A DNA stretch of 64,000 nucleotides from an uncultured Gammaproteobacteria bacterium (GTDB lineage Bacteria > Pseudomonadota > Gammaproteobacteria > DRLM01). Location of the stretch: assembly GCA_963729605.1 (NCBI GenBank), contig CAVSNY010000005.1:96001-160000 (forward strand), read 5' to 3'. Of this stretch, positions 12,535 through 23,669 are shown piece by piece. The notes below the pieces were generated by a model that saw nothing but the letters and a program-made list of their open reading frames with translations, was not told the origin of the DNA and did no database searches. The stretch's first letter is position 1, and each line of letters opens with the position of its first letter. The position numbers and the translations under genes were made by a program.

Positions 12535-13551
12535 TTACAACGTCCGGCCCAGCGAAACGGCGATGGCCCGCAACTCGCCCATCAGCTTGGTCAGCTCCGG
12601 CGGGCTCAAGGCCTGATCGGCGTCGCACCAGGCCTCGGACGGGCAGGGATGCATCTCGATCAGCAGGCCGTCGGCGCCGGCCGCCACCGCGGCGCGCGCC
12701 AGCGCCGGCACCATCCAGGCCTTGCCGCCGGCGTGGCTGGGATCGACGATCACCGGGAAATGGGTCTCGCGCTTCAACACCGGAATGGCGGTGACGTCGA
12801 GCATGTTGCGGTAATAGGTCTCGAAACTGCGCACGCCGCGTTCGCAGAAGATGATGTTGTGATTGCCGCCGGCGACGATGTACTCCGCCGCCATCAGCCA
12901 TTCGGAAATGGTCGCCGACATGCCGCGTTTCAGAATCACCGGCTTCTGCACCTTGCCCACTTCCTTGAGCAGATCGAAGTTCTGCATATTGCGGGTGCCG
13001 ATTTGAATCACGTCCACGTCGTGTTCGAGAAAGGTATCGAGCATGCGCACGTCCATCAATTCGGTGACGATAGGCAAGTTGTGCTTATCCGCCGCCTTGC
13101 GGAACATGTCCAAGCCTTCCACACCCACGCCTTGAAAGGTGTAGGGACTGGTGCGCGGTTTGAACGCGCCGCCGCGCATCAGCCGGCAACCCGCCGCCGC
13201 CACCGAGGCCGCCGCCGAATCCATCTGCGGCTGGGTCTCCACCGAACACGGCCCGCCGATCACCTGGATCTGATTGCCGCCCAGCTTGATGCCGCGGATG
13301 TCGATCACCGAATCTTCCGGATGGGATATCCGCGAGACGATCTTGTACGGCTTCATCACCCGCACCACGTTCTCGACGCCGGGCAACACCTCCAGCGCCT
13401 CGATATCGATCTGGCGCTCGTCGCCGATGGCGCCGACTATGGTGCGCTCGATGCCCTTCGAGACATGGGAGCCCATGCCCATGGCCTTCAACTTGTCCGA
13501 CACCGCGTCGATCTGCGCATCGGTGCTGCCCGCATTCATAATGATGATCAT
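12535..13551 (-). CDS. aroF: 3-deoxy-7-phosphoheptulonate (DAHP) synthase, type I-beta, with N-terminal regulatory domain
   Basis: GPCSVE, RGGAFKPRTSPYTFQG, QIGTRNMQNFDLL, LKRG, CERG, VDPSH. Confidence 0.93.
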   Translation of the reverse strand: MIIIMNAGSTDAQIDAVSDKLKAMGMGSHVSKGIERTIVGAIGDERQIDIEALEVLPGVENVVRVMKPYKIVSRISHPEDSVIDIRGIKLGGNQIQVIGGPCSVETQPQMDSAAASVAAAGCRLMRGGAFKPRTSPYTFQGVGVEGLDMFRKAADKHNLPIVTELMDVRMLDTFLEHDVDVIQIGTRNMQNFDLLKEVGKVQKPVILKRGMSATISEWLMAAEYIVAGGNHNIIFCERGVRSFETYYRNMLDVTAIPVLKRETHFPVIVDPSHAGGKAWMVPALARAAVAAGADGLLIEMHPCPSEAWCDADQALSPPELTKLMGELRAIAVSLGRTL

Positions 13552-13670
13552 GGTCGCTTACCTATAAAATTAACCGCTCAGGGCGCAAAGAAAAAAACAA
13601 CTACACCACTCTACAACCCACGACAAGGCATTTCCTGCCTAATATGTCTCACTTTACTCTTCGTTCGCCT

Positions 13671-14753
13671 TTATAAAATCGCCCGCGGATAGGAGCCCAG
13701 CACCTTCAACATCGCCGCCTTGCCGGCCAGCGCCTCCAAGGCCTTGGCGACCTTGGGGTCTGTACCATGGCCTTCGATGTCGGCGAAAAACACATACTCC
13801 CACATCCCGCGCCGGGAAGGGCGCGATTCAATACGGGTCATCGAAATGCCGTGGGCGGCGAGCGGGGCCAACAAATCGTACAAGGCGCCCGGCCGGTTGG
13901 GCGCCGAGATCAGCAATGAAGTTTTATCGCGGCCGGAAGGCGCCACCGTTTCGCGGCCGATCACCAGAAAGCGCGTGGTATTGTCGGGTTCGTCTTCGAT
14001 GTTACCGGCCAACACCCGCAGCTGATAAATATCCGCGGCCTCGCGGCTGGCGATGGCCGCCGCGTCCGTCTCGCCCGCGACGTGCCGCGCCGCTTCGGCG
14101 TTGCTGCTCATCGCGATCCGCTCGACGCCGGCCAGATGTTCGTCCAGCCACTCGCGGCACTGCGCCAAGGCCTGTTGATGGGCATAGACCCGCCGCACCG
14201 CTCCCAGCGCGTCGCCCTTGCTCAAGAGATTGTGATGGATGCGCAGCTGCACTTCGCCGACGATCTTGAGCGGCGAGTTGAGAAACATGTCGAGGGTGTG
14301 GGTGATGACGCCTTCCGTGGAATTTTCCACGGGCACCACGCCGTAGTGGCAGGCACCCGCCTCCACGTCGCGGAACACTTCGTCGATGGCGGCATGGGCC
14401 ACCGTCACCACCGAGTGACCGAAATGCTTTAACGCGGCCGCTTGAGTGAAGGTACCTTCCGGCCCCAGATAGGCGATGCGCATCGGTTGTTCGAGGGCGA
14501 GACAGGCCGACATGATCTCGCGGAACAACCGCGCCATTTCCTCGCCGCTGAGGGGACCCGGATTGCGCGCGATCACCTTGCGCAACACCTCGGCCTCGCG
14601 CTCGGGGCGGTAAAAATTCGCGGCGGGAACGCCGTTCTTGAGTTCCGCCACCTCTTGGGCGCACTGGGCGCGCGCATTGATTAAGGCCTGGATTTGCTCA
14701 TCAAGGCCGTCGATGCGATCGCGTATCGCTTTGAGTTTGTCTTCGCCCATCAT
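13671..14753 (-). CDS. pheA: Chorismate mutase / prephenate dehydratase (P-protein)
   Basis: IRDRIDGLD...YRPEREAEV, AYLGPEGTFT, VPVENSTEG, NTTRFLVIG, ACT motif TRIESRP; start trimmed to 14753. Confidence 0.96.
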   Translation of the reverse strand: MMGEDKLKAIRDRIDGLDEQIQALINARAQCAQEVAELKNGVPAANFYRPEREAEVLRKVIARNPGPLSGEEMARLFREIMSACLALEQPMRIAYLGPEGTFTQAAALKHFGHSVVTVAHAAIDEVFRDVEAGACHYGVVPVENSTEGVITHTLDMFLNSPLKIVGEVQLRIHHNLLSKGDALGAVRRVYAHQQALAQCREWLDEHLAGVERIAMSSNAEAARHVAGETDAAAIASREAADIYQLRVLAGNIEDEPDNTTRFLVIGRETVAPSGRDKTSLLISAPNRPGALYDLLAPLAAHGISMTRIESRPSRRGMWEYVFFADIEGHGTDPKVAKALEALAGKAAMLKVLGSYPRAIL

Positions 14754-14933
14754 CCGTCCGTCATGCGACGCGCATTCGCCGTCCGCTATTTTTACCTGTG
14801 CCAACCGTGAGCCGAACCAATCAAAGGGTATTCTTTAAAGATACCTCTATTACTCTTTACTCTTCCTCGGTCTTAGCTCTCCCGCCAAGCGAGTTAAGGT
14901 AATGCCCAGCCTAATTTCAATACTGCATCACGC

Positions 14934-16097
14934 TTACATAACCCGCACCGAGAGCACCCCCGCGATACCCTTGATGCGCTGCAATACAGCCTCGGTCACC
15001 GGACGGTCGACGTCGGTCAAGGTGTAGGCGACCTCGCCCTTGGATTTATTGAGCATGTCGATGATGTTCAGCCCGGCCTCGGCCATGGCGGTGGAGATCT
15101 GCCCCACCATATTCGGCACATTGGCGTTGGCGATGGCGATGCGATGGCCCTCGCTGCGCGGCATCACCACCTCGGGAAAGTTCACCGAGTTGGTGATATT
15201 GCCGTTCTCGAGAAATTCGCGCACCTGATCCGCCACCATCATCGCGCAATTGTCCTCGGCCTCGTTGGTGGAGGCGCCCAGGTGCGGCAGGGCGATCACC
15301 CGCGGGTGATTCTTCAAGCGTTGCGTCGGAAAGTCGCAGACGTACGCATGGACCTTGCCGCTGTCGAGACCCTCGGCAACCGCCTGTTCGTCGACGATGC
15401 CTTCGCGCGCGAAATTGAGCAGAGTCACGCCCTTCTTCATGAAGGCGAGACGCTCGCGGTTGATCATGTGGCGGGTCGCGTCCACCAGCGGCACGTGGAA
15501 GGTCACCATGTCCGCTTGCGCGAGCAGATCATCGAAGCTGCGCGCCTGCTGCACGTCCGCCGACAAACGCCAGGCGCTTTGTACGGTGATCTGCGGATCG
15601 TAGCCCAGCACCTTCATGCCGAGTCTCTGCGCGGTATTGGCCACCATCACGCCGATGGCGCCGAGACCCACCACGCCCAAGGTGCGGCCGGGCAGCTCGA
15701 AACCCGCGTAATCCTTCTTGCCCGCTTCGACTTGTTTGCCGAGCGCGGCGTCGTCGCCCTCCAATTTGCGGGCGTAGTCCCAGGCCTGGCAGATGTTGCG
15801 CGCGGCGAGCAGCATGCCCGCCACCACCAGTTCCTTCACCGCGTTGGCGTTGGCGCCGGGTGCGTTGAATACCGGGATACCCTTCGTGCTCATCTCGTCC
15901 ACGGGAATATTGTTGACGCCCGCGCCGGCGCGCCCCACCGCCTTCACGCTGGGGGGAAGTTCCATGCCGTGCATCTTGAACGAGCGCAGCAGGATCGCGT
16001 CCGGGTTCTTGATCTCCGAGGCGATTTCGTAACGGTCGCGCGGCAGGCGTTCCAGCCCGGCCACCGAGATGTTGTTCAGCGTGAGTATCTTGAACAT
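14934..16097 (-). CDS. serA: D-3-phosphoglycerate dehydrogenase with C-terminal ACT domain
   Basis: RAGAGVNNIP, NANAVKELV, GLGAIG, NFARE, PHLGAST; directly downstream of serC. Confidence 0.9.
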   Translation of the reverse strand: MFKILTLNNISVAGLERLPRDRYEIASEIKNPDAILLRSFKMHGMELPPSVKAVGRAGAGVNNIPVDEMSTKGIPVFNAPGANANAVKELVVAGMLLAARNICQAWDYARKLEGDDAALGKQVEAGKKDYAGFELPGRTLGVVGLGAIGVMVANTAQRLGMKVLGYDPQITVQSAWRLSADVQQARSFDDLLAQADMVTFHVPLVDATRHMINRERLAFMKKGVTLLNFAREGIVDEQAVAEGLDSGKVHAYVCDFPTQRLKNHPRVIALPHLGASTNEAEDNCAMMVADQVREFLENGNITNSVNFPEVVMPRSEGHRIAIANANVPNMVGQISTAMAEAGLNIIDMLNKSKGEVAYTLTDVDRPVTEAVLQRIKGIAGVLSVRVM

Positions 16098-16121
16098 GCA
16101 ACTCCTTTCAAAAACCTTTCA

Positions 16122-16199
16122 ACGCAAAGACGCGAAGGCGCAAAGCAAAATCCCAAGAATTTTAAAACAACAAACTTTTGCGTCTTCGCGCCTTCGCGT
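16122..16199. repeat. Short-period inverted repeat element
   Basis: ACGCAAAGACGCGAAGGCGCAAAG ... TTTTGCGTCTTCGCGCCTTCGCGT arms around an AT-rich spacer. Confidence 0.7.
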
Positions 16200-16211
16200 C
16201 GGGTGTTTTCC

Positions 16212-17294
16212 TCAACCGTTGCGCCGCGCGAAATCCTTCATGAAATCGACCAGCGTATCGACGCCCGCCTCCGGCATGGCGTTGTAGAGGCTCGCGCGCA
16301 TACCGCCCACCGAGCGATGGCCTTCCAAGGTCTTGAGTCCAGCCTGGCCGGCCTCGGCGAGGAAGGTCTTTTCCAGTTTCTCATCGGCGATGGTGAACGG
16401 GACATTCATCCAGGAACGGGCGCTCTTCTCCACCGGATTTTTATAAAAGCCCGAGGTGTCGATGGCGTTGTACAGTTTCTCCGCCTTACGTTGATTGATG
16501 GCGGCCATGGCCTGGAGGCCGCCTTTATTCTTCAAACGCTGGAATACCAGGCCGGCCAGATACCAGCCGTAGGTAGGCGGCGTGTTGTACATGGAACCAT
16601 TGTCGGCGTGAATTTTATAATCGAACATCGCGGGAGTGCCGGCCTGGGCGCCACCCAGCAAATCGTCGCGCACGATCACCACCGTCAGCCCGGCGGGACC
16701 GATGTTCTTCTGCGCGCCGGCGTAGATGACGGCGAATTTGCTCACGTCGATGGGTCGCGACAGGATGGTCGACGACATGTCGGCCACCAGCGGCACAGCG
16801 CCGGTGTCGGGTACCCAATGGAATTCCACGCCGCCGATGGTCTCGTTGGGCGTGTAATGCACGTAGGCGGCGTCGCCGTCGAGTTTCCACTCGCCGCGCG
16901 CCGGTATCGAAGTGAATTTACTCGCCTCGCTGCTGGCCGCGACGTTCACCGCGCAAAAACGCTTGGCCTCGTCGATGGCCTTCTTCGACCACATGCCGGT
17001 GTTGATGTAATCCGCGGACTTTTTACCGCGCAGCAGATTGAGCGGCACCATGGAAAACTGGCTGCTGGCGCCACCCTGCAAAAACAGCACTTTGTAATTG
17101 GCGGGAATGGCCAACAACTCGCGCAGATCGGCCTCGGCGCGTTCGGCGATGCTCATGAATTCCTTGCCGCGATGGCTCATCTCCATCACCGACATGCCGG
17201 AACCGTTCCAGTCCAGCATCTCGTCCCGCGCCTGCTGCAATACGTCTTCCGGCAACACCGCCGGACCCGCACTGAAGTTATATATCCGCGACAT
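16212..17294 (-). CDS. serC: Phosphoserine aminotransferase
   Basis: [49 protein letters not shown]. Confidence 0.98.
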   Translation of the reverse strand: MSRIYNFSAGPAVLPEDVLQQARDEMLDWNGSGMSVMEMSHRGKEFMSIAERAEADLRELLAIPANYKVLFLQGGASSQFSMVPLNLLRGKKSADYINTGMWSKKAIDEAKRFCAVNVAASSEASKFTSIPARGEWKLDGDAAYVHYTPNETIGGVEFHWVPDTGAVPLVADMSSTILSRPIDVSKFAVIYAGAQKNIGPAGLTVVIVRDDLLGGAQAGTPAMFDYKIHADNGSMYNTPPTYGWYLAGLVFQRLKNKGGLQAMAAINQRKAEKLYNAIDTSGFYKNPVEKSARSWMNVPFTIADEKLEKTFLAEAGQAGLKTLEGHRSVGGMRASLYNAMPEAGVDTLVDFMKDFARRNG

Positions 17295-17325
17295 GAATCG
17301 ACCTCTTGTTAATTACAAAACCCTC

Positions 17326-17472
17326 AACTCAAAGACGCGGAGAAAATGCACGAAAGTCTGAATGTCCCTTAGCCACCGATTAGCCAACGCGTCATCAATG
17401 ATCGGCCTGTCTACCCGCGTTTCGATAATCCCTCTTTACTTCGCGTTCCTTCGCGTGTTCGCGCCTTTGTGT
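17326..17472. repeat. Degenerate short-period inverted repeat element, same style as 16122-16199
   Basis: AACTCAAAGACGCGGA...CACGAAAG left arm; CTTCGCGTTCCTTCGCGTGTTCGCGCCTTTGTG right arm. Confidence 0.5.
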
Positions 17473-20055
17473 TTATTCATTCTCTTCCGGTGCGGCCGGC
17501 GGCTCGTCGCCGCCCTCTTCGCCGTTCAATTCCGGCTCGATGATGCGCTCTATCCCCACCAGTTTTTCCTCCTCGCCGGTGGCGATGAGTTTAACACCCT
17601 GGGTGTTGCGGCCCAACACGGAGATGCCGCTGGTCGCGGTGCGGATCAAGGTGCCGGCGTTGGTGATCAGCATCACTTCATCCTCCGCCGTCACCGGGAT
17701 GGCGCCCACCACCGCGCCGTTGCGCTCGCTGGTCTGGATCGAGATCACGCCCTGGCCGCCGCGACCGTGCAGCGGATATTCATTCAATTCGGTGCGTTTG
17801 CCGTAGCCGTTTTCGGTGGCGGTCAATATGGTGTGACCTTCCTCCGCGATGATCAGGGCGATGACCTTATGGCCTTTGCCCAGGGTAATGCCGCGCACGC
17901 CGCGGGCGGTACGGCCCATCGGCCGCACATGCGACTCGTTGAAGCGCACGCATTTCCCGGAACTGCTGAACAGCAGCACGTCGCGGCTGCCGTCGGTGAT
18001 CGCGACGCCGACCAGATGATCGTCCTCGCGCAGTTCGACGGCGATGATGCCGCTGGTGCGCGGCCGCGAAAAATCGGTGAGCGGGGTCTTCTTCACCGTG
18101 CCGCTGGCGGTGGCCATGAAAATGAATTTGTCCGCCGCGTATTCGCGGATCGGCAAGATCGCGGTGATGCGTTCGCCCTCTTCCAGCGGCAGCAAGTTGA
18201 CGATGGGTTTGCCGCGCGAATTGCGGCTGGCCTGCGGCAATTCATAGACCTTTTTCCAATACACCTTGCCGCGATTGGAGAAACACAGAATCGTGTCGTG
18301 GGTGCTGGCGATCAGCAGCTTGTCGATGAAGTCCTCTTCTTTCACCGCCGCCGCCGATTTGCCGCGACCGCCGCGTTTTTGGGTGCGGTACTCGGTCAAA
18401 GGCTGGGCCTTGGCGTAGCCGGCGTGCGACAGCGTCACCACCACGTCCTCTTCCGTAATGAGGTCTTCGAGGCTGAGATCCTGGTGGGTGATCATGATCT
18501 CGGTGCGGCGCGCGTCGCCGTATTGCGCCTTGATCGCCAGCAACTCCTCGCGGATCACTTGCAGCAGGCGGTCGGGATTGCCGAGGATTTCCAGCAGCTC
18601 GCCGATATTGACCAGGATTTCCTTGTACTCGTTGACGATCTTTTCCTGCTCGAGACCGGTGAGGGTGTGCAGGCGCAAATCGAGAATGGCCTTGGCCTGC
18701 GCATCGGATAAACGATAACCGTCATCGACGAGGCCCAACTCCGGCGCGAGATTATCGGGCCGCGAAGCCGACGCGCCGGCGCGCGACAGCATTTCAACGA
18801 CCAGACCCGCGGCCCAGGCCCGCGCCATCAAACCTTCCTTGGCCACCGCCGGATTGGGCGCGGCCTTGATCAGGGCGATGATGGGATCGATGTTGGCCAG
18901 CGCCACCGCCAGGCCTTCCAAGATGTGGGCGCGTTCGCGCGCCTTGCGCAACTCGAATACCGTGCGCCGCGTCACCACCTCGCGGCGATGGCGGATGAAG
19001 GCTTCCAGAATTTGCTTGAGATTGAGCAAGCGCGGCTGGCCGTCCATCACCACGACCATATTGATGCCGAACACGCTTTGCATCGAGGTGTGCTGGTAGA
19101 GATTGTTCAGCACCACTTCGGGCATTTCGCCGCGGCGCAGCTCGATGAACATGCGCATGCCGTCCTTGTCGGACTCGTCGCGCAGCTCGGTGATGCCTTC
19201 GATGCGTTTCTCTTTGACCAGATCGGCGATTTTTTCCAGCAGGGTGGCCTTGTTCACCTGATACGGCAACTCGGTGACGATGATGGATTGCCGGCCTTTG
19301 CCGTCTTCCTCGATGTGGGTGCGGGCCCGCACGTAGATGCGGCCACGGCCGGTGTGATAGGCCTCATGGATGCCGCGCGCGCCGTTGATGATGGCGGCGG
19401 TCGGGAAATCCGGACCGGGTATCAGCTTCATCAATCCCAAAATATCGATGGCCGGATCGTCGATCACCGCGAGGCAGCCGTCGATCACCTCGTTCAAATT
19501 GTGGGGCGGCACGTTGGTGGCGAGCCCGACCGCGATGCCGGCCGCGCCGTTGATCAGCAGATTGGGGATCTTGGCGGGAAAGACGGTGGGTTCGCGCTCC
19601 GACTCGTCGTAGTTCGGCGCGAAGTCGACGGTCTCCTTGTCGAGGTCGGCCAGCAGCTCGTGGGCGATGCGCGCCATGCGCACCTCGGTGTAACGCATCG
19701 CCGCCGGGGCGTCGCCGTCCACCGAACCGAAATTGCCCTGGCCGTCGACCAGCATGTAGCGCAGCGAAAAGGGCTGGGCCATGCGGACGATGGTGTCGTA
19801 GACCGCGGTGTCGCCGTGGGGGTGGTATTTACCGATGACGTCGCCGACCACGCGCGCCGACTTTTTGTAAGGCTTGTTCCAGTCGTTGCTCAATTCGCTC
19901 ATGGCGAATAGCACGCGCCGGTGCACCGGCTTGAGCCCGTCGCGGACGTCGGGCAGGGCCCGGCCCACGATCACGCTCATGGCGTACTCCATATAGGAGG
20001 TCCGCATCTCGTCTTCGATATTGACGGACAGGACTTCTTTGGCGAATTCGGTCAT
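17473..20055 (-). CDS. gyrA: DNA gyrase subunit A
   Basis: [33 protein letters not shown] active site, GyrA box QKRGGRG. Confidence 0.99.
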   Translation of the reverse strand: MTEFAKEVLSVNIEDEMRTSYMEYAMSVIVGRALPDVRDGLKPVHRRVLFAMSELSNDWNKPYKKSARVVGDVIGKYHPHGDTAVYDTIVRMAQPFSLRYMLVDGQGNFGSVDGDAPAAMRYTEVRMARIAHELLADLDKETVDFAPNYDESEREPTVFPAKIPNLLINGAAGIAVGLATNVPPHNLNEVIDGCLAVIDDPAIDILGLMKLIPGPDFPTAAIINGARGIHEAYHTGRGRIYVRARTHIEEDGKGRQSIIVTELPYQVNKATLLEKIADLVKEKRIEGITELRDESDKDGMRMFIELRRGEMPEVVLNNLYQHTSMQSVFGINMVVVMDGQPRLLNLKQILEAFIRHRREVVTRRTVFELRKARERAHILEGLAVALANIDPIIALIKAAPNPAVAKEGLMARAWAAGLVVEMLSRAGASASRPDNLAPELGLVDDGYRLSDAQAKAILDLRLHTLTGLEQEKIVNEYKEILVNIGELLEILGNPDRLLQVIREELLAIKAQYGDARRTEIMITHQDLSLEDLITEEDVVVTLSHAGYAKAQPLTEYRTQKRGGRGKSAAAVKEEDFIDKLLIASTHDTILCFSNRGKVYWKKVYELPQASRNSRGKPIVNLLPLEEGERITAILPIREYAADKFIFMATASGTVKKTPLTDFSRPRTSGIIAVELREDDHLVGVAITDGSRDVLLFSSSGKCVRFNESHVRPMGRTARGVRGITLGKGHKVIALIIAEEGHTILTATENGYGKRTELNEYPLHGRGGQGVISIQTSERNGAVVGAIPVTAEDEVMLITNAGTLIRTATSGISVLGRNTQGVKLIATGEEEKLVGIERIIEPELNGEEGGDEPPAAPEENE

Positions 20056-20205
20056 GACTGCGCAATTCCTTTCCAGAGACTAGGCCACCGCCGGCGCCCC
20101 AGCCGCAAGTAGCTTCTTGTCCAAACGGGAAATTCTAACACAGGCGGCGGCTGCATCGCAGCTCGGGCGCACGAGGCGGGCGGACGGAATCCGAGGACCG
20201 GCGAC

Positions 20206-21321
20206 TCAAGGACGGCCGCGCATCATCGCCGCCATCTTCTCCGCATTCGGCGCGGTCACCACACCCTTTTCGGTGACGATGACGTCCACCAACCCGGCCG
20301 GCGTGACGTCGAAGGACGGGTTCCAGGCCAGCGCCCCTTCCGCCGCCACCCGCTGGCCGCCCAGGCTCAACACCTCGTCCGGCGAGCGGTTCTCGATGTG
20401 GATCTCCGCGCCGCTCTTGATCTTCATGTCCACCGTCGAGGTGGGCGCCACCACCATGAATTTCACGCCGTGATACCGCGCCGCGACCGCCAGGTTGTAA
20501 GTGCCGATCTTATTGGCGACGTCGCCGTTGGCGGCGATGCGGTCCGAACCGACGATGGCCCAGGTCACGCCGCCCTGCTTCATCAAATGCGCGGCCGCGC
20601 CGTCGGCGATCAGGGTGACCGGGATCTCGTCCTGCACCAGCTCCCAAGCGGTGAGCCGCGCGCCCTGCAGCCAGGGGCGGGTTTCGTCGGCGTAAACGCG
20701 TTCGATCTTGCCCGCGGCGTAAGCCGAACGAATCACCCCGAGGGCCGTGCCGTAACCGCCGGTGGCCAGCGAACCGGTATTGCAATGGGTCAACACCAGG
20801 CCACGGCTTTGAATACAGGCCGCGCCCAATTCGCCCATGCGGCGGTTGGCGGCGATGTCTTCCTCGTGAATCCGGCGGGCCTCGGCCAGCAGGGCCGGCA
20901 CGGGGTCGCCGCTTGCGGCGGGGCTGTTTCCGCTGGAAAGACCCTCTCCCGCTTGCGGGAGAGGGTGAATAGCGTGGATTGAATTGATCTTGGCGCGCAT
21001 CCGTTCCAGCGCCCAGAACAGATTGACCGCCGTGGGCCGGGAGTCGGCGAGACGTTGCAGATCCTGTTCGATATCCTGCCGCCAGGTCGCCGCCGAACGG
21101 GCATACCGCGCGCGCGCCGCCAGCACCACCCCGTAGGCCGCCGTCACCCCGATGGCAGGCGCGCCGCGCACCACCATATCGCGTATGGCCGCCGCCACCC
21201 CGGCGGCGTCTTCCAGCAATACTTGCTCGTGACGCAACGGCAAGACCCGCTGGTCGAGCAATTTCAAACCCTGTTCCGTCCATTCCACCGCCCGGATGGA
21301 ATCGTGGCGCGTCTCTGTCAT
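20206..21321 (-). CDS. mtnA: S-methyl-5-thioribose-1-phosphate isomerase, with an internal ~20-aa insertion
   Basis: [71 protein letters not shown]; start at ATG 21321. Confidence 0.96.
   Translation of the reverse strand: MTETRHDSIRAVEWTEQGLKLLDQRVLPLRHEQVLLEDAAGVAAAIRDMVVRGAPAIGVTAAYGVVLAARARYARSAATWRQDIEQDLQRLADSRPTAVNLFWALERMRAKINSIHAIHPLPQAGEGLSSGNSPAASGDPVPALLAEARRIHEEDIAANRRMGELGAACIQSRGLVLTHCNTGSLATGGYGTALGVIRSAYAAGKIERVYADETRPWLQGARLTAWELVQDEIPVTLIADGAAAHLMKQGGVTWAIVGSDRIAANGDVANKIGTYNLAVAARYHGVKFMVVAPTSTVDMKIKSGAEIHIENRSPDEVLSLGGQRVAAEGALAWNPSFDVTPAGLVDVIVTEKGVVTAPNAEKMAAMMRGRP
20941..20966. repeat. REP-like perfect palindrome inside mtnA
   Basis: ACCCTCTCCCGC-TT-GCGGGAGAGGGT, a 12-bp perfect stem; reads HPLPQAGEG in the mtnA frame. 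Confidence 0.85.
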
Positions 21322-21562
21322 GGCCAACCTCTCGCTGATGAAGGGCGCATGATAACGGTCCGGCGCCGGGGCGGCAAAGGGCGGTTCAAGCCCCGCGCCG
21401 CGGGCCGATACATTCAACACCCGCCGGTAACTCGACCGCTACCGGCAAGGTTTTGAATAAAACACGGCGTGATCGTTCCACCCTGTCTGGCACCGACCGG
21501 CACGACAACGGGACGTCAGCGCCATGTCATGGATAATCAGTGAAACCGAGGACAGCCTGGAA

Positions 21563-22168
21563 ATGCGCACCATCGCCGCCTTATTGCTCAGCCTGCTTAC
21601 CGTCCTCTGGCAAGCCGCGGCCGCCGGGCCCATCAGCCTGGCCGATCATGCCGCGAATATCCTGGCCGCCAATGCCGCCAATGCCGCCGATGCCGCCGCG
21701 GCGCCCGCCGCCGGCGACGACCGAACGGGATCGGCCGGTCATGACGCCGTCCCCGCCGCGGCGCCGGAAGCCGTTATGACTCCGCCGCCCACACCGGAAA
21801 TGCAGTTCGTCTCCCTCGGCCGCATCACCTTCATATTCGATAAATGGACGCTCACCGACCAGAGCAAACGCACCCTCGACACGGCCGCGCGTTATCTCGC
21901 CGACCACCCGGGCGCCAGCCGCCTGTTGATCCGCGGCCACACCGACCGAGTCGGGCGCCAATCTTATAACGACGGTTTGTCCGACCGGCGCGCCGCCGCC
22001 GTGCTCGATTATCTAGTCAAGCAGGGCGTGCCCCTCGAACAGGTGCGTTGGGAAGGTCACGGCGAACATGCGCCGATCGACGAAAATTGGACGCGGCTCG
22101 GCCGGGCACGTAACCGGCAGGTAGAAATGTTCGCCATTTTCCCGACCGCCGCCGTGTCCGCGCGCTAA
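21563..22168 (+). CDS. OmpA-family peptidoglycan-binding protein
   Basis: Signal peptide, Ala/Pro linker, OmpA-C motifs IRGHTD...YNDGLSDRRA...GRARNRQVE. Confidence 0.9.
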   Translation: MRTIAALLLSLLTVLWQAAAAGPISLADHAANILAANAANAADAAAAPAAGDDRTGSAGHDAVPAAAPEAVMTPPPTPEMQFVSLGRITFIFDKWTLTDQSKRTLDTAARYLADHPGASRLLIRGHTDRVGRQSYNDGLSDRRAAAVLDYLVKQGVPLEQVRWEGHGEHAPIDENWTRLGRARNRQVEMFAIFPTAAVSAR

Positions 22169-22338
22169 ATCATCCTCGCCGTCACCAGACCCGCTTGCGT
22201 AAAAGGATGCCCTCACCAAGACGCCGTTGACTCTGCGTCCACTTCGCACCCGCATCCCCCACTTTGAATCACCGCGCCGGACTGGCGCGCGTTATGGCTT
22301 GCGGTATACTCGCGCGAAGCCCTCACCGCATCGGACTT

Positions 22339-23659
22339 ATGGACCAGGTCGACACGCTGATACACGCCCGCTGGATCATTCCGGTGGAACCCGACGACAC
22401 CGTTCACGAACACCATAGCCTCGCCATCAAAAACGGCCGCATCCATGCGATCGTCCCCGGCGCCGAGGCGCGGCGGCGTTATCACGCCGACGTCGAACTT
22501 GATCTGGCCGAACACGCGTTGATCCCCGGCCTCATCAACACCCACACCCACGCGGCGATGAGTCTGTTCCGCGGCCTTGCCGACGATCTGCCGTTGATGG
22601 AGTGGCTGACTAATCACATCTGGCCGGCCGAAGGCGCCTGGGTCAGCCCCGAATTCGTTTACGACGGCACGCGGCTGGCGATGGCCGAGATGTTGCGCGG
22701 CGGCACCACCTGCTTCAACGACATGTATTTCTTCCCCGACGAGACCGCGCGCGCCGCCGATACCGCTCAGATGCGCGCGGCGGTCGGCATGATCCTCATC
22801 GACTTCCCCACCGCCTGGGCGGCGAACGCGCAGGAATACATCGACAAGGGCCTCGCGCTGCACGATCGACTACAAGAATCATCCGCTGATTCGCACGCTG
22901 TTCGCGCCACACGCGCCTTACACCGTGTCCGACGGACCGCTGGAGCACATGCGGACCCTGGCGGATCAGTTGAACGTACCCATCCACATGCACGTGCACG
23001 AGACCGCCTTCGAGGTGCAGGAAGCGGTGAACAAACTCGGCGAACGGCCGCTCGCGCGTCTGGAAAAACTCGGCCTGCTCACCCCGCAATTGCTGGCGGT
23101 GCACATGACCCAGCTCAGCGACGACGAGATCGCGGCCTGCGCCCGCGCCGGTGTCAGCGTCATCCACTGCCCCGAATCCAATCTCAAACTCGCGAGCGGT
23201 TTTTGCCCGGTGCATAAACTCGTGAGCGCCGGCGTCAACGTCGCGCTCGGCACCGACGGCGCCGCCAGCAACAACGACCTCGACATGTTCAGCGAGATGC
23301 GCACCGCCGCCCTGCTCGCCAAGGCGGTGGCCGGCGACGCCAGCGCCCTGCCCGCCGCCGCCGCGCTGCGCATGGCGACGCTCAACGGGGCCAAGGCGCT
23401 GTGCATCGACGACGAGGCCGGTTCGCTCTGGCCCGGCAAGTCGGCGGACATCACCGCGGTGCGCCTCGGCGACATCGAGACCCAGCCGCTGTATCATCCG
23501 GTCTCGCAACTGGTCTACGCCACCGGCCGCGACAAGGTCAGCGACGTGTGGGTGGCCGGGCGCCATCTGCTCAAGGACCGCGCGCTCACCACCCTCGACG
23601 AAACCGAGTTGAAGGCCAAGGCGGCGGCGTGGCAGCAAAAGATTCGCAAATACGATTAA
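22339..23659 (+). pseudogene. mtaD: TRZ/ATZ-family amidohydrolase (MTA/SAH deaminase-like) split by a 1-bp insertion
   Basis: N-half has PGLINTHTH and GGTTCFNDMYF; C-half, in another frame, has [39 protein letters not shown]. Removing one base at 22866/22867 joins them. May be a sequencing error. Confidence 0.85.
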
Positions 23660-23669
23660 CGGGTAATCC

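Noticed and set aside
21488-21503. Sigma54 promoter upstream of the ompA-like gene (TGGCACCGACCGGCAC)
   Set aside because: GG-to-GC spacing is 9 rather than the required 10.
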